This document shows positions 1-10,200 of a stretch of DNA of 32,000 bases, piece after piece. The notes beneath the pieces are model-generated. The model ran no database searches. It saw nothing but the letters and a program-made list of their open reading frames with translations, and was not told the DNA's origin. Both the position numbers and the translations under genes were made by a program. The first letter of the stretch is position 1, and every line of letters begins with the position of its first letter. The stretch lies in the NCBI RefSeq assembly GCF_009740285.1, contig NZ_CP046566.1, positions 3,044,658-3,076,657 of the forward strand, written 5' to 3'. Source of the DNA: Phnomibacter ginsenosidimutans (GTDB lineage Bacteria; Bacteroidota; Bacteroidia; Chitinophagales; Chitinophagaceae).

Positions 1-1831
1 GAAATTTCTTATGGCTATTAATAAGACCCAACCAGTCCTTTTCTATGTTGTATGGTTTTGAAACGATTTGCTCAATATTTAAACGCTGCCTGATTATCGT
101 TTTTAATTCTGCCAAACGCTGCAATTTGAGAAACAGTGTTGGGTTGGATTTACTGGGTTGAATAGAAGTGATCTCCTTTATAAAAAAATCTTCTTCTGAT
201 TGAGTAGTTAAAATGTCTTCATCAATAGGAAAACTTTCATCCATCGCTTTTGCCTTCATACGTTCCAACACTTCCTCAAATGGCAGTAAAGAATGTCCCT
301 CCATTGCCGCTTCTTCTAAAATAAATACTGAAAAGGCTCTTACTCGTTTCTCATCCAGATTATCTGTTAAGGCCGATTCTGCTGGCAAGGGGAACGCTGT
401 TTGAATTTTTTCAGGTGGCAACAGTGCTTTATCTACTTGACGAAAAGATATACCGAAGGCTTCAAATCTTGTCTTTTCATAAAGCAGGAAGAGGTTTTCT
501 GAAATCTCCTGCGTTGAACCAATTAAATCAACATGGTTTTCAATTATAAATTTTGCCTGGTCGTTATTTAATTGGCAACGGCTTATCAGTTTAAAAAACT
601 CTCTTTTTTTTGTAGGCTTTCCTTTCCAAATCCGCTGTGCAGTTGCATTGAATAATTTAGCTCCTCTCGTCTTTATATATTTTTCAGGATCTGCAATACT
701 TTCCTCAAAAATTGACCAAGGATTTGTTTGCAAAAGGTCTCCGTCTTTTTGAAGAATATATTTCTCAATTTCCCATGCAATTGTGTTGCCATCTTCTATG
801 TTCAATGCACTTAGCACGGGGCCCATTCCGGGAAAGGCTCCACGCATATCCCAGATAGCTGAAATTTCAGCATCAATCCAATCCAGTTCTTTCCTGAACG
901 ATTTTTCTAACAAAACCTCAGCTTTTTTCAAACTCTCAGCCATGTTCAACAATGAATCAATAGCCGTGTCGTGTTCAACCAATTCAGAGGCAAAAGAAAA
1001 TTGCTTATAATCCGATGCGAAGGCAGCATATTCTTTTAACTCAACTTCAATGCTGTTCTTCTTTATATACTCCAGAATATCGTGGTAAGGCAAGAGAAAT
1101 CCGTCAGGATTGTTGGCGGTCAATGTGTGTTCAACACATCTGTCCCAAGGATGGCTTTTGTGGCCGGTGTATCCCTTATCAAAATTGTAATCCAAAATTG
1201 CTCCGGGTTCATTTTTAACTTTGGCTACGCCAACTATTACTCTTTCGTTTGGTTCGGAAAATGGAGTGTCCTTACAATAAAAGAATATTAATGACTGACG
1301 CTTTTTAAGGCAACCGAAGAATGCATCCAGTAATATTTTCTGATTAGCAGGGTGCTGAACCCAAATATTTCCTTCAAAACCCAGTTTTTCGTCAACTTCC
1401 TGCTCTAAGTCCGCATCATAATCTAACTCAAAAACATGGGCCTTTTCAGAGAAATGTGGATTATCATCACTACCCTTATTCTTCATCATCCATAAAAATG
1501 GAACTGCATTAAAAGAATAAGGCTTGTGAAAGTATATGCCCGGCTTGAAATCCTTAAACATAGGATTGATCTTAGTCCAGGCATGTGTTAATTCTCTTGT
1601 GTAGCTATTTGGTGAAAGAAATGTGCCCTTCTCTGAAATGCAGGGTGGAAAGTTCTCTTCAGTTATTGTTGCATCGGATGGCTCAGTATCCGGGTTCTTT
1701 GTAGCATCTACACGAGGCAAAATTCTGCAAAATGAATTATCTAAAACACTACAACATGTTTTCCCGTTCCATTTATTATCATGCCAAGGTACTCTTGCTG
1801 ATAGGTGTTTTATTGGCAAACTTTTACTCAT
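1..1831 (-). CDS. Putative RecD-like SF1 helicase, N-terminal ~610 codons only (gene continues past the left edge of the window)
   Basis: Absent from the ORF track because no stop codon lies in the window. My manual minus-strand translation from ATG 1831..1829 (MSKSLPIKHLSARVPWHDNKWNGKTCCSVLDNSFC...) stays open to position 1. It begins with a Cys-containing N-terminal module. Further on, ...ISENLFLLYEKTRFEAFGISFRQVDKALL resembles the NPYxL...GIGFxxAD segment that precedes the ATPase core in RecD2/TraA-type helicases (recollection, not a search). It lies 18 nt downstream of the macrodomain gene on the same strand. Confidence 0.6.
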   Translation of the reverse strand, partial: MSKSLPIKHLSARVPWHDNKWNGKTCCSVLDNSFCRILPRVDATKNPDTEPSDATITEENFPPCISEKGTFLSPNSYTRELTHAWTKINPMFKDFKPGIYFHKPYSFNAVPFLWMMKNKGSDDNPHFSEKAHVFELDYDADLEQEVDEKLGFEGNIWVQHPANQKILLDAFFGCLKKRQSLIFFYCKDTPFSEPNERVIVGVAKVKNEPGAILDYNFDKGYTGHKSHPWDRCVEHTLTANNPDGFLLPYHDILEYIKKNSIEVELKEYAAFASDYKQFSFASELVEHDTAIDSLLNMAESLKKAEVLLEKSFRKELDWIDAEISAIWDMRGAFPGMGPVLSALNIEDGNTIAWEIEKYILQKDGDLLQTNPWSIFEESIADPEKYIKTRGAKLFNATAQRIWKGKPTKKREFFKLISRCQLNNDQAKFIIENHVDLIGSTQEISENLFLLYEKTRFEAFGISFRQVDKALLPPEKIQTAFPLPAESALTDNLDEKRVRAFSVFILEEAAMEGHSLLPFEEVLERMKAKAMDESFPIDEDILTTQSEEDFFIKEITSIQPSKSNPTLFLKLQRLAELKTIIRQRLNIEQIVSKPYNIEKDWLGLINSHKKF

Positions 1832-1849
1832 TATTTTAACATTTACATT

Positions 1850-2545
1850 TTAACTTTTATCGAATAACGATGTTTGAGCTTCCCCTCTCATTATAAAGGA
1901 AAAGCACTTCTCCATAGTTACTAAACCAATACCAGGCTCATTTATCAGGTTGATCATTGACTTGATAGACTTATTTTCAATAACGGTGGTTATTGTATTT
2001 ATCCTGTCCTTCCTTATACCTGTAACCTTTTGAATTTGGGCAGAACTAAATGAGCCCCATTTAACAGCAAATGATTCAAATAAATCATCCGGTGCTAATG
2101 GATCATACTCAAATATTTCGACCGGAATTTCACATTTTGATAAATAGCTTGACATAAGCTGATATACCTCATCTCTATCTAAGCCACCATTATGAGCTCC
2201 AAGTAAAGGAAAGGCAATTGATTCAATGCCTTGAACCTTGTATGTATCAAGAAATTTTTGAAGCCCTTTTTCAACGTATTCTAATTTGCTGGGATATTTC
2301 CAATGGAATTTTGTAGGAAAATTGAGAACCCAGGGTGCATCCGGCTCACCTTTATATAACCATAACTTACCAATTCCAATGAGTTTTGACTTGCAATGCT
2401 CTTTATACAAATCAAACATTTTCGGATACCTTAGCTTGTAAACCAAAGCTATTCCTTTCCCCATTACCCCAACGCAGTTAACGGTATTAACCACTACCTG
2501 TGCCTTTGTATTAAATATATTTCCTTTTACTAACTCTATTGCCAT
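1850..2545 (-). CDS. DarG-like macrodomain protein (putative DNA ADP-ribosyl glycohydrolase / antitoxin), short form with a C-terminal HhH-like tail
   Basis: 231 aa. GNIFNTKAQVVVNTVNCVGVMGKGIALVYKLRYPKMF and NFPTKFHWKYPSKLEYVEKGL closely match the DarG macrodomain signature as I recall it (NTVNCVGVMGKGIAL...; FPTKxHWxxPSKL). The start lies 1 nt after the stop of the DarT-domain gene. Confidence 0.8.
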   Translation of the reverse strand: MAIELVKGNIFNTKAQVVVNTVNCVGVMGKGIALVYKLRYPKMFDLYKEHCKSKLIGIGKLWLYKGEPDAPWVLNFPTKFHWKYPSKLEYVEKGLQKFLDTYKVQGIESIAFPLLGAHNGGLDRDEVYQLMSSYLSKCEIPVEIFEYDPLAPDDLFESFAVKWGSFSSAQIQKVTGIRKDRINTITTVIENKSIKSMINLINEPGIGLVTMEKCFSFIMRGEAQTSLFDKS

Positions 2546-2546
2546 T

Positions 2547-5500
2547 TCAATTCAGATTATATAGCTCCCATTTTGTATTTTTAATTTCATCCTGAAAGTA
2601 AACTTTCAAAGAAGTGTGGTTTTCAAATTTGATATTCAAACTTGGATATGCACATATCATTGATTCAGTTGCATTGATAACATTCCCACTTATCATTTCA
2701 TATTTTGTGCCGGATGGGAATTGAACGATAAACATTCCAGATTTGTACCCATTACCACTGTAATCCGTTGAAATATTCAATATGCCATCACGGTATTCAC
2801 ATTCAATATCTTTGTTCTGATTGTGGTAAATATCATCACTATAAGAAGATACTTTGATTCTATTGGCGTATTGACTTTTTTCACCAATCCTTCTTATCAA
2901 TTCATCCTTATCATTCTCGCTTCTTACTATAATATCAATATTTATGAAGCTGGTAAAATCAAACTCATCTTTTATTAAAAATTCTTGTTGTGAATAATTA
3001 ATATAAGTTCTATAGTCGCCATCAGATGTATTGAATATAGTGCTATACACATCACTAAAATTAAACTTAGATAACATTTGCAAGACAGGTTTTACTACCG
3101 CCCAATTCGTTTGCATATTACCATTGCTCATATAGCATTTACCACGCAACTTCAATAAAACTTCCTGTAAATTAAATCGAAAAAAAACAGGAATGGGACA
3201 TTTAGGCAATCCTAATCTTAACGCACTTTCATAATATTTATTGGTTATATCTAACCCCAAACATTCATTATAAAACTGAGTAGGTGTTTGTGGCCTGAAA
3301 TAGAATCTTGCAAATTCATGAGCTGTATGTCGCCTGCCAACTACAGCACCTGCTGCATCTGCAAAACCAATAGCCTTATTACGGCTGAGTATCTTTTTAT
3401 TCTTAATTATTTCAATTGCGTTTGTAAGGTGTGTAAAATGATAAATGTAACCTGACCAACTTGATTGCTTTGATTTTAGATTTAAATAAAGTTCTAATTC
3501 AGGAATACTGTTCACTATTTGAATTATATGCTCTCTTATGGATAAGGGAATTGAAATGTTTTCTTGCAGATAGAAGTAATCCCAATACATCATGAACTCA
3601 TCAACCATTTCAACTGTGAAATTGATTGATGTATTTTGAGAAATATATTCCCAATCCAAAAAGTCTTTAAATAGCCGCAACCCATTTATGTCAAAAACTA
3701 ACATACCTGAAATGATCTTCCAGTTTAAAAACTCCTTGAATTTTAGGAGTATTTCAGGGGATGGGGAGAATTTTTCTGATTCGCAAAGCAAATTCCATTC
3801 TATTAAATCTTGATAAGTAGTTAGTATGGTTATGTCATTAAAATCCAGCTTCCAATTTTTGATAAAAGACATCCAATCCCATTTGCTTTTATATTCTAAT
3901 AATAATTCTGGATGCTGTTGAAAGTCTAAATTTTGATGACTTGAAAGAGTAGCCCACAGATCGTTATTCAAAACATTATTTGAAACAAATAATTTAATAA
4001 CATCGGGTGTAATATGTATGGAATCACTATTCAATATGGCATGCCAATTTGAATCAGTGTGCTGTACAAACAGACTTAACAAATTAAGATCAAAGAGTAA
4101 ATTTTTACTACTGCTCAAAAGCGACCAATTCCATTGTTTATCTGAAAGTGTAAGCAATGTATCATTGTCAATCCAACTTGCCTTTGAAAGCAAATTGTAA
4201 TCCCAGTCTTTATCCTGAAGTTGTAATAAAAGCTCTTTGTCTACTTTTAAGAAACTATGAGAAGATAAGGCGTGGTAATCCCAGGGTTTTGAGCCATTTT
4301 CTAAAACAAATTCTTTTGTCAACTCAAAACGTGGGTGAGAAGATAGTTTTTCCCAATCCCAAGGATAGTTGATAAACTTGCTAACTAAAGCTGGATATAA
4401 TGTTACTTCATAACGAACTGATAATGCACCCCAATCTATTAGGCTTGAAAACCTATTTAAGCGTCTTGAATCAAATTCAGTAATTCTTTTTTCTTTATTT
4501 GAATTTGTAAGTAATGCACTTGCTGATGATAGTATATGCCAATCCCATTTATCCTCAAATTCTGAAATAATTCGTTCATTCCAAGTAATATTATTTATCG
4601 AGCTAAGAGCAGTAAAATCCCATTCATCCTTATATGCATAAAGATATTCAAGCGTTCTATCCAGCCATTGTCTTGTGTCTCTATAAACTACTTTACTGAA
4701 TTGAAAAAAAGAAGAAAGAGTACTATTGCTTGAAAGTACCTTCCAATTTATTTTATCTGAATATGTTGATAGAAAACTATGGTCAATTGGGATAACTTTT
4801 GAAGAGCTGATATAATTCCAGTCCCAGGTGAAAATATCAAACTGAATAGTTTCTTGAATAAATTTCCAAAGGTCGTTAGGCAATATTTTTTTTGTTATAA
4901 CAGACCATGACTCATTTATAACAGATTCTGGTGACTGTGAAATCAAAACTGCCAGCGATTGTAATTTATTTGTTGGGGTCAAGTCGATTGCCGAAACGAA
5001 TTTATCAATTAGATAAGGCCAATGAATGTATGAAGCATATTCAACTTGAAAATCATCATCCAATAATAGCTCAGAGCTTATTCTATTTTTAGTTACCAAA
5101 CTCCAATCCCAGAAAAGGTCAGGATTATCAAGGATGAAATCCAGCTCACATTTTTCTGATAAATAATTCCTTAGACCTTCAGCAGATGGCAATTGTAATA
5201 ATTCATTCTCATCCGATAATACAATTTCATTAAGAGATTCTACCGATGCCTCTCTAAGAACTGAAACCCAATTAATGGCTATGTTATGAGAATTAAGGAG
5301 TTCCCGATTTAATAGTATTTGTTCAAAAGTAAATTCAGTCGATACATGCTTTGATATTATCACCAGCATCTCTTTTTCAACTGCCCATTGAATAAAGAAG
5401 GCCAAATTATCAGCCACAAGTTCCGATGGAACACTATTGATTAAAATATTTAATGCTAATTTATCTTGGTGCTTGCGAATAAATTCAGAAGACCATTTTA

Positions 5501-5804
5501 AGTCTTTACGATTACAAATAGCACTAAAGTTCCAAGGAAATGTTTCATTTAACTCAACTATAGAGATATTATCAATAGAATGGGATACATTTTCATAGCC
5601 GGCTTGATTTTTAACTAAGTTGTTAAATTTTTCAAATAGGACTGATGACCACTTGAGATTTTGATTTGCTTCAATTCCCGGAATCTTTTCATTGCCCCAA
5701 AACAATAAGTCATTGTCAGATAGAAACTCAAATATTTCTGAATTTAAAATTACATCCTGATCCCTTCCAATTTTGAAGTTGGTTCTTTTGAGAGAATTAA
5801 TCAA
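2547..5804 (-). CDS. Large repeat protein with a DarT-like (DUF4433) ADP-ribosyltransferase domain near the C-terminus
   Basis: 1085 aa with a TTG start in the track. Residues ~35-770 carry about 20 repeats with the core W-[DN]-[WYF]-x-x-[LI]-S (FWDWSLV, TWDWNYIS, KWDWHILSS, PWDWEKLSS, PWDYHALSS, DWDYNLLS, QWNWSLLSS and others). Residues ~783-965 (nt ~2910-3458) match DarT motifs: IYHFTHLTNAIEIIKNKKILS (YHxTH), HEFARFYFRPQTP (VPFYF-like) and QQEFLIKDEFDF...IDIIVRS (catalytic-Glu AEFLV-like). A ~120-aa C-terminal extension (nt ~2550-2909) has no motif I recognise. The true 5' end is uncertain (see finding at 5805-6071). Confidence 0.8.
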   Translation of the reverse strand: MINSLKRTNFKIGRDQDVILNSEIFEFLSDNDLLFWGNEKIPGIEANQNLKWSSVLFEKFNNLVKNQAGYENVSHSIDNISIVELNETFPWNFSAICNRKDLKWSSEFIRKHQDKLALNILINSVPSELVADNLAFFIQWAVEKEMLVIISKHVSTEFTFEQILLNRELLNSHNIAINWVSVLREASVESLNEIVLSDENELLQLPSAEGLRNYLSEKCELDFILDNPDLFWDWSLVTKNRISSELLLDDDFQVEYASYIHWPYLIDKFVSAIDLTPTNKLQSLAVLISQSPESVINESWSVITKKILPNDLWKFIQETIQFDIFTWDWNYISSSKVIPIDHSFLSTYSDKINWKVLSSNSTLSSFFQFSKVVYRDTRQWLDRTLEYLYAYKDEWDFTALSSINNITWNERIISEFEDKWDWHILSSASALLTNSNKEKRITEFDSRRLNRFSSLIDWGALSVRYEVTLYPALVSKFINYPWDWEKLSSHPRFELTKEFVLENGSKPWDYHALSSHSFLKVDKELLLQLQDKDWDYNLLSKASWIDNDTLLTLSDKQWNWSLLSSSKNLLFDLNLLSLFVQHTDSNWHAILNSDSIHITPDVIKLFVSNNVLNNDLWATLSSHQNLDFQQHPELLLEYKSKWDWMSFIKNWKLDFNDITILTTYQDLIEWNLLCESEKFSPSPEILLKFKEFLNWKIISGMLVFDINGLRLFKDFLDWEYISQNTSINFTVEMVDEFMMYWDYFYLQENISIPLSIREHIIQIVNSIPELELYLNLKSKQSSWSGYIYHFTHLTNAIEIIKNKKILSRNKAIGFADAAGAVVGRRHTAHEFARFYFRPQTPTQFYNECLGLDITNKYYESALRLGLPKCPIPVFFRFNLQEVLLKLRGKCYMSNGNMQTNWAVVKPVLQMLSKFNFSDVYSTIFNTSDGDYRTYINYSQQEFLIKDEFDFTSFINIDIIVRSENDKDELIRRIGEKSQYANRIKVSSYSDDIYHNQNKDIECEYRDGILNISTDYSGNGYKSGMFIVQFPSGTKYEMISGNVINATESMICAYPSLNIKFENHTSLKVYFQDEIKNTKWELYNLN

Positions 5805-6022
5805 ATAAGAACCGAATTTAGGGTCGTTGAATGATAATTTAAAATCAGACTCATTTTTAAGTAACCTGTTAACTACTGCAATAGTGTCAATGTATGGAAA
5901 TAGAGCTTCAATATTTAGAATGAAATAATTTATTGAATACGTAGAGCAGATAAGTGACCAATCCCAGCTTAGCTGGGGGTTATTAAGAATTAAATTGCCT
6001 GACTGTATTTCTCCAAAAGATA

Positions 6023-7264
6023 TTAGCGTGTGAAGGTCAAAGGTAATGTTTGAATTTCCCTTTCGATAAATTCAAATGAAACTCTATTTGTAACTTTTTT
6101 CCAATCTTCAATTGCATAAACATCAATAATGGTTGTTAATAACTGTTCCAGTTCTTTTTGGTCAATTCTTTCCAAAAACACATCAATATCCCAAGGAAAT
6201 TGATTGATGGTATTTATAATGTATGGTATTTCAACTTTCTTTGAAAGGCGAGACCAGTCCCAGTAATCCGCATAAGCTTCGATATTCAATATCAATACTT
6301 CATCAGGACAATTCTGTATTACCTGATACCATACTGCGTTACTTGTAACTTCTTCACTTGATAACAATTCAAACCAATTGTTATCCCATACTACTCTTGA
6401 ATCACACAGCACTGTTTGCCAATTGACATGTTTGGTGAATTGGGAAATATCTGCCGCATGTATTTCTTTAATATCTCTAAGATATAACTGATAACGGAGC
6501 AACAGAAGCCAATCAGCAAACAATTTTGAATTTGCTTCTTTTAAAATTATTTCATCTAATTCAGGCGAAGGTTTGTCATTTAAAACTACTTCTATTCTGT
6601 AAACTTCATCCTCTTTTATTAAGGAAAGGGATATGTGTGAAATACTTTTTTCATAATTAAGCACCGCCTCATTTACCCATTGAATTTCAATATTCTTATT
6701 CTCTTCCAGTTCTGAATTAAAATTTAGAAGTGCCTTGTGAAGAAATACATTTTCATGCTGGTCTTCAGGACTAAAATAGTAAGGCTTTATTTCCTTCGAA
6801 TTATATATTTCAGAAAAAAGGCCATACTTAGAAAAATGAAATAGATTGTCAAAATTTTCCCAGTCAAAGAGAAGATAATGCTCATTAAAACTGATAACAC
6901 CTTCGTAAAACAAGTGCTTAACTCCTTTTTGTCTTGCTTCTAACCCCCAATGGGTTGTAGAAATAATCAGATTACCATCTTCATTTTTATGAGTTGATAT
7001 CAAATGATATTCTGTAAGTGTATCAAGTAATGAAGAGAATATTCCAGCTTCAGCTATGTCAAAATACACCTGCTCCTCTTCATTGGCTTCAACAGCAAAA
7101 CCTAAAATGGAGCCTAATTCATTATAACCAATTGTATCATTATACAAGTACAAAAATGAAAGAATAATATTGTCAAACTCAGTGAGAGGATATGCCTTTC
7201 TAAAAAGCACCTTATGCTTTGCAACCCTAATTGGCCAGTCCTCTTTTATCGTTATAAGATTCAT
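6023..7264 (-). CDS. Hypothetical protein with the same W-D-W/LS repeats in its C-terminal third
   Basis: 413 aa. The C-terminal part carries HVNWQTVLC, NNWFELLSS, DYWDWSRLS, FPWDIDVF and IEDWKKVT, the same repeat core as the downstream DarT-domain protein. Its ATG overlaps the helicase stop (ATGA at 7261-7264), implying translational coupling. Confidence 0.75.
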   Translation of the reverse strand: MNLITIKEDWPIRVAKHKVLFRKAYPLTEFDNIILSFLYLYNDTIGYNELGSILGFAVEANEEEQVYFDIAEAGIFSSLLDTLTEYHLISTHKNEDGNLIISTTHWGLEARQKGVKHLFYEGVISFNEHYLLFDWENFDNLFHFSKYGLFSEIYNSKEIKPYYFSPEDQHENVFLHKALLNFNSELEENKNIEIQWVNEAVLNYEKSISHISLSLIKEDEVYRIEVVLNDKPSPELDEIILKEANSKLFADWLLLLRYQLYLRDIKEIHAADISQFTKHVNWQTVLCDSRVVWDNNWFELLSSEEVTSNAVWYQVIQNCPDEVLILNIEAYADYWDWSRLSKKVEIPYIINTINQFPWDIDVFLERIDQKELEQLLTTIIDVYAIEDWKKVTNRVSFEFIEREIQTLPLTFTR

Positions 7265-10200
7265 TGTTTTAAGGATTTGGCATCAAATGATTTTACAGCA
7301 CCATTAGGATGTTGCTGAATTGTTTCATAAACCCTGTTATAAATGGCATGTTTTCTAAAATGCTGAGAATTGCCAACAATTATTAGTAGCCTTTTTGCCC
7401 TGGACAATGCCACATTCAGACGATTGGGAAATTCTGCAAACCCTAAACTTTCTTGGGATGGATAACCATTCTCTGGGTACGCTTCCATATTAGGAGCCTG
7501 ATTTGGAAATTCAGCTATGGAATTGCTTCTAACCAATGATACTACTACAATATTCCTCTCCATGCCTTGAAAACGGTCAACTGGCGAGATTCTTAGCGGA
7601 ACTTCGGGATACTTATCCTTCAACTTATTTAGTAACCCAGCTTGAGCACCGTAGAAAGTAATTATGCCAATTTGCTTCTGCTCTATATCACCTGATGGCC
7701 AATAATCCACAAAGTTTTTATATCCGGGTGATTTCTTGAAATAACTTAAAAGCCAATCAATCGCCTGAACTTCTCCATAGTTAACTCTGGATGTACCGCT
7801 TTTTATTTCCGGTGATACTACATCAAGCCAAATAACATGTGTTTGTTTGTTGGCTGTAACACCATGATAGCGATTCAGCGGATGTGACATATCTTCCGAA
7901 TTGGCTATCTCATCTGGAATACCACATTCTAAACCTCCGTCAGCAATATAAAACTGTTTTATAGTTTCATTTATCGCTGGATGCATTCTGTATTGGACAT
8001 TAAATGAGGACTTTAAGTTTTTATCAATTCCAACAAATAACTTTTCAAAATGGGATACTGAAAATTCCTCTTTGTTTTTCTTAATATAACTTATAAGGTC
8101 ACTGATTTCCCTTCTGTTTTTTTCATCTTTCGTTTTTTTCGACATCATTTTAAGATTATCGATAAACTCAGCAGTATCGACCATTGGAGGCAACTGTCTA
8201 TGATCGCCAATTACAACAGCCTTTTTTCCGTAGAGGCATGGTAATGCTAATTCAGGAGGTGAGGCTTTACTCGCCTCATCCTGTACAACAAGATCAAACT
8301 CAATGTTTCTTTTCTTTAATGCAGCAATAGTGTTCTTATTTATAGAATGACGAAAAGCATCATATTCTTTGGTGTGTAATACATTGCAATAGTCTGAGAA
8401 GAATCTTGTAAATTTCTGTTCTGAATTTTCTTTACCAATTGAACTACAAGTTGCTCCTATTACATTAGCATTTTGTATGTAGTTATTAAAAAATAACGAC
8501 CGTAATTGCTCATTTGCCTTTGTCAGATAGGTTATCCACTTTTCAGATAAATCGCTGTTAAATGTGGTTTGTTTTCTCCTTGCCCTATTACCGATTAAAG
8601 TAATCCAGTCTTGTAAAATATTAGTAGCTGATTTATCTTCAGTCAACTCCTTATTGCCAAATAGAACCCATTGTTTGAGGGATTCCAATGAAAATCTTCT
8701 TCCTTCTTTATCCAATTTGTCATCAGAGCCAAACCTAATTGGTTTAATTAATAAATGTGTTTGGGCCCGGAGTTTATCTAATGCGTTATCAACAGCAAGG
8801 TTAGTCTCTGATGTGACAAGAATCCTATATGGCTCTTTCTTAACAGAAATATTAGAACGGATGTGTTGCCATATCAACTCCGCAATTGCTGTAGATTTTC
8901 CAGTACCGGGAGGACCTTGTATTAGAAAAAAGTCATTTGCCAATAGGCACTTTGCAATCGATTCTTTTTGCCGGTCATTAATGTTTTTCGAAAGCAATGA
9001 AGCATCAATTTCATTGATTGTTTTTTCGTATTCAGCAGTACGTAAAATATCACCAGGGAAACTTCTGGCCTTTGATGAATCCACTAATATATCCCGGAGG
9101 CTTTCATTTAATATCTTCTGCTTAGTAATTGAAAATATAATGTCAATTGTATTTGATAGTCTTTTTATTTTATCCCTTTCGCCCTTTAAAGTGCAGCAAA
9201 CTTTAGTCAAAGTATCTGGAACACAAATTGTATCCCTCATTGATTCCATTTCAATCACAATATTGGGATAGCTAATCTTTATAATATTCCCGAAAGGGAC
9301 AGGCTTTTTATCATCCCACAAAGAAATTTCCTCACCTCTTATGTAATTAAATTTGCTATTGATTTCAGCCTCAAATTCTTCTTGTTTAAAGTTTAGAAAA
9401 TATTTTAGTTTGCCTTCTTGCAGTTCTTCAAATACATACTGCATATTATCATTCAATAGCGGATCAATTGAATCTTTTATTTTTGCAACAAGTAATTGCA
9501 ACAAGTCATGATTGTCAAAAAAGCAGAAGAATGATAGTTTTAAACCATTGTTAGACAATTTAGTTTTGATGGCCGGTATTTGCTGTAATTCCTCCTGTAT
9601 TTCCAATAAAGGTGAGGCATATTGTAACTTTATCTTAAAACCATGCTCAGCTCCCTTGTTGTCAATATCTGCAATCTGTAATGCTGATAAATATTCAATT
9701 CCAGAAGTTAATTCATCTTCATTAGTGAAGTCAAATGAAACTGTTTCCTTCTCAACGCTAATATTAAAGCGTTCATCCTGAACAGAATTTTGGAAATGTT
9801 CCAAAAATAAACTTCTATCAATTTGAAATATGTGTTGGTGCTTTATAGTAAAAGAATCGGGACCAAAATATCGTTCAAATACTTTCTTGTAATGAAATAT
9901 CTCAAAACGAAAATCTGATAAAGTAATATCTGATTCAAATGTTAGGTGAAATTCATTATTTATTGGTGTTGGGAGAATCACACCCATTTTATCGTTCTTC
10001 TTATCTTCAGAAGAAAAGAATATCTTTTTAGATTTTCTTGTATCCAAAAAATTCTGAAATAAATCTTCCTTTATTGTGAATATTAAGCGATGGTGAGATT
10101 TGTGATAAGCAGTGTTTTCTTTTATAAAGTTTAGTGCAGGTTCCCTTAAAAATATATCCTGAATAATCAGATTGGCAAAATGACCGTGACAAGAGACAGA

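Noticed and set aside
213-1853. Small plus-strand ORFs (63-76 aa) in the first 1.85 kb
   Set aside because: All are antisense to the long open minus-strand frame that I translated manually (the RecD-like gene running off the window).
8564-9271. 235-aa plus-strand ORF inside the helicase gene
   Set aside because: It is antisense to a CDS with a full set of SF1 helicase motifs. Its translation is low-complexity (S/L/F/C-rich) with no motifs.
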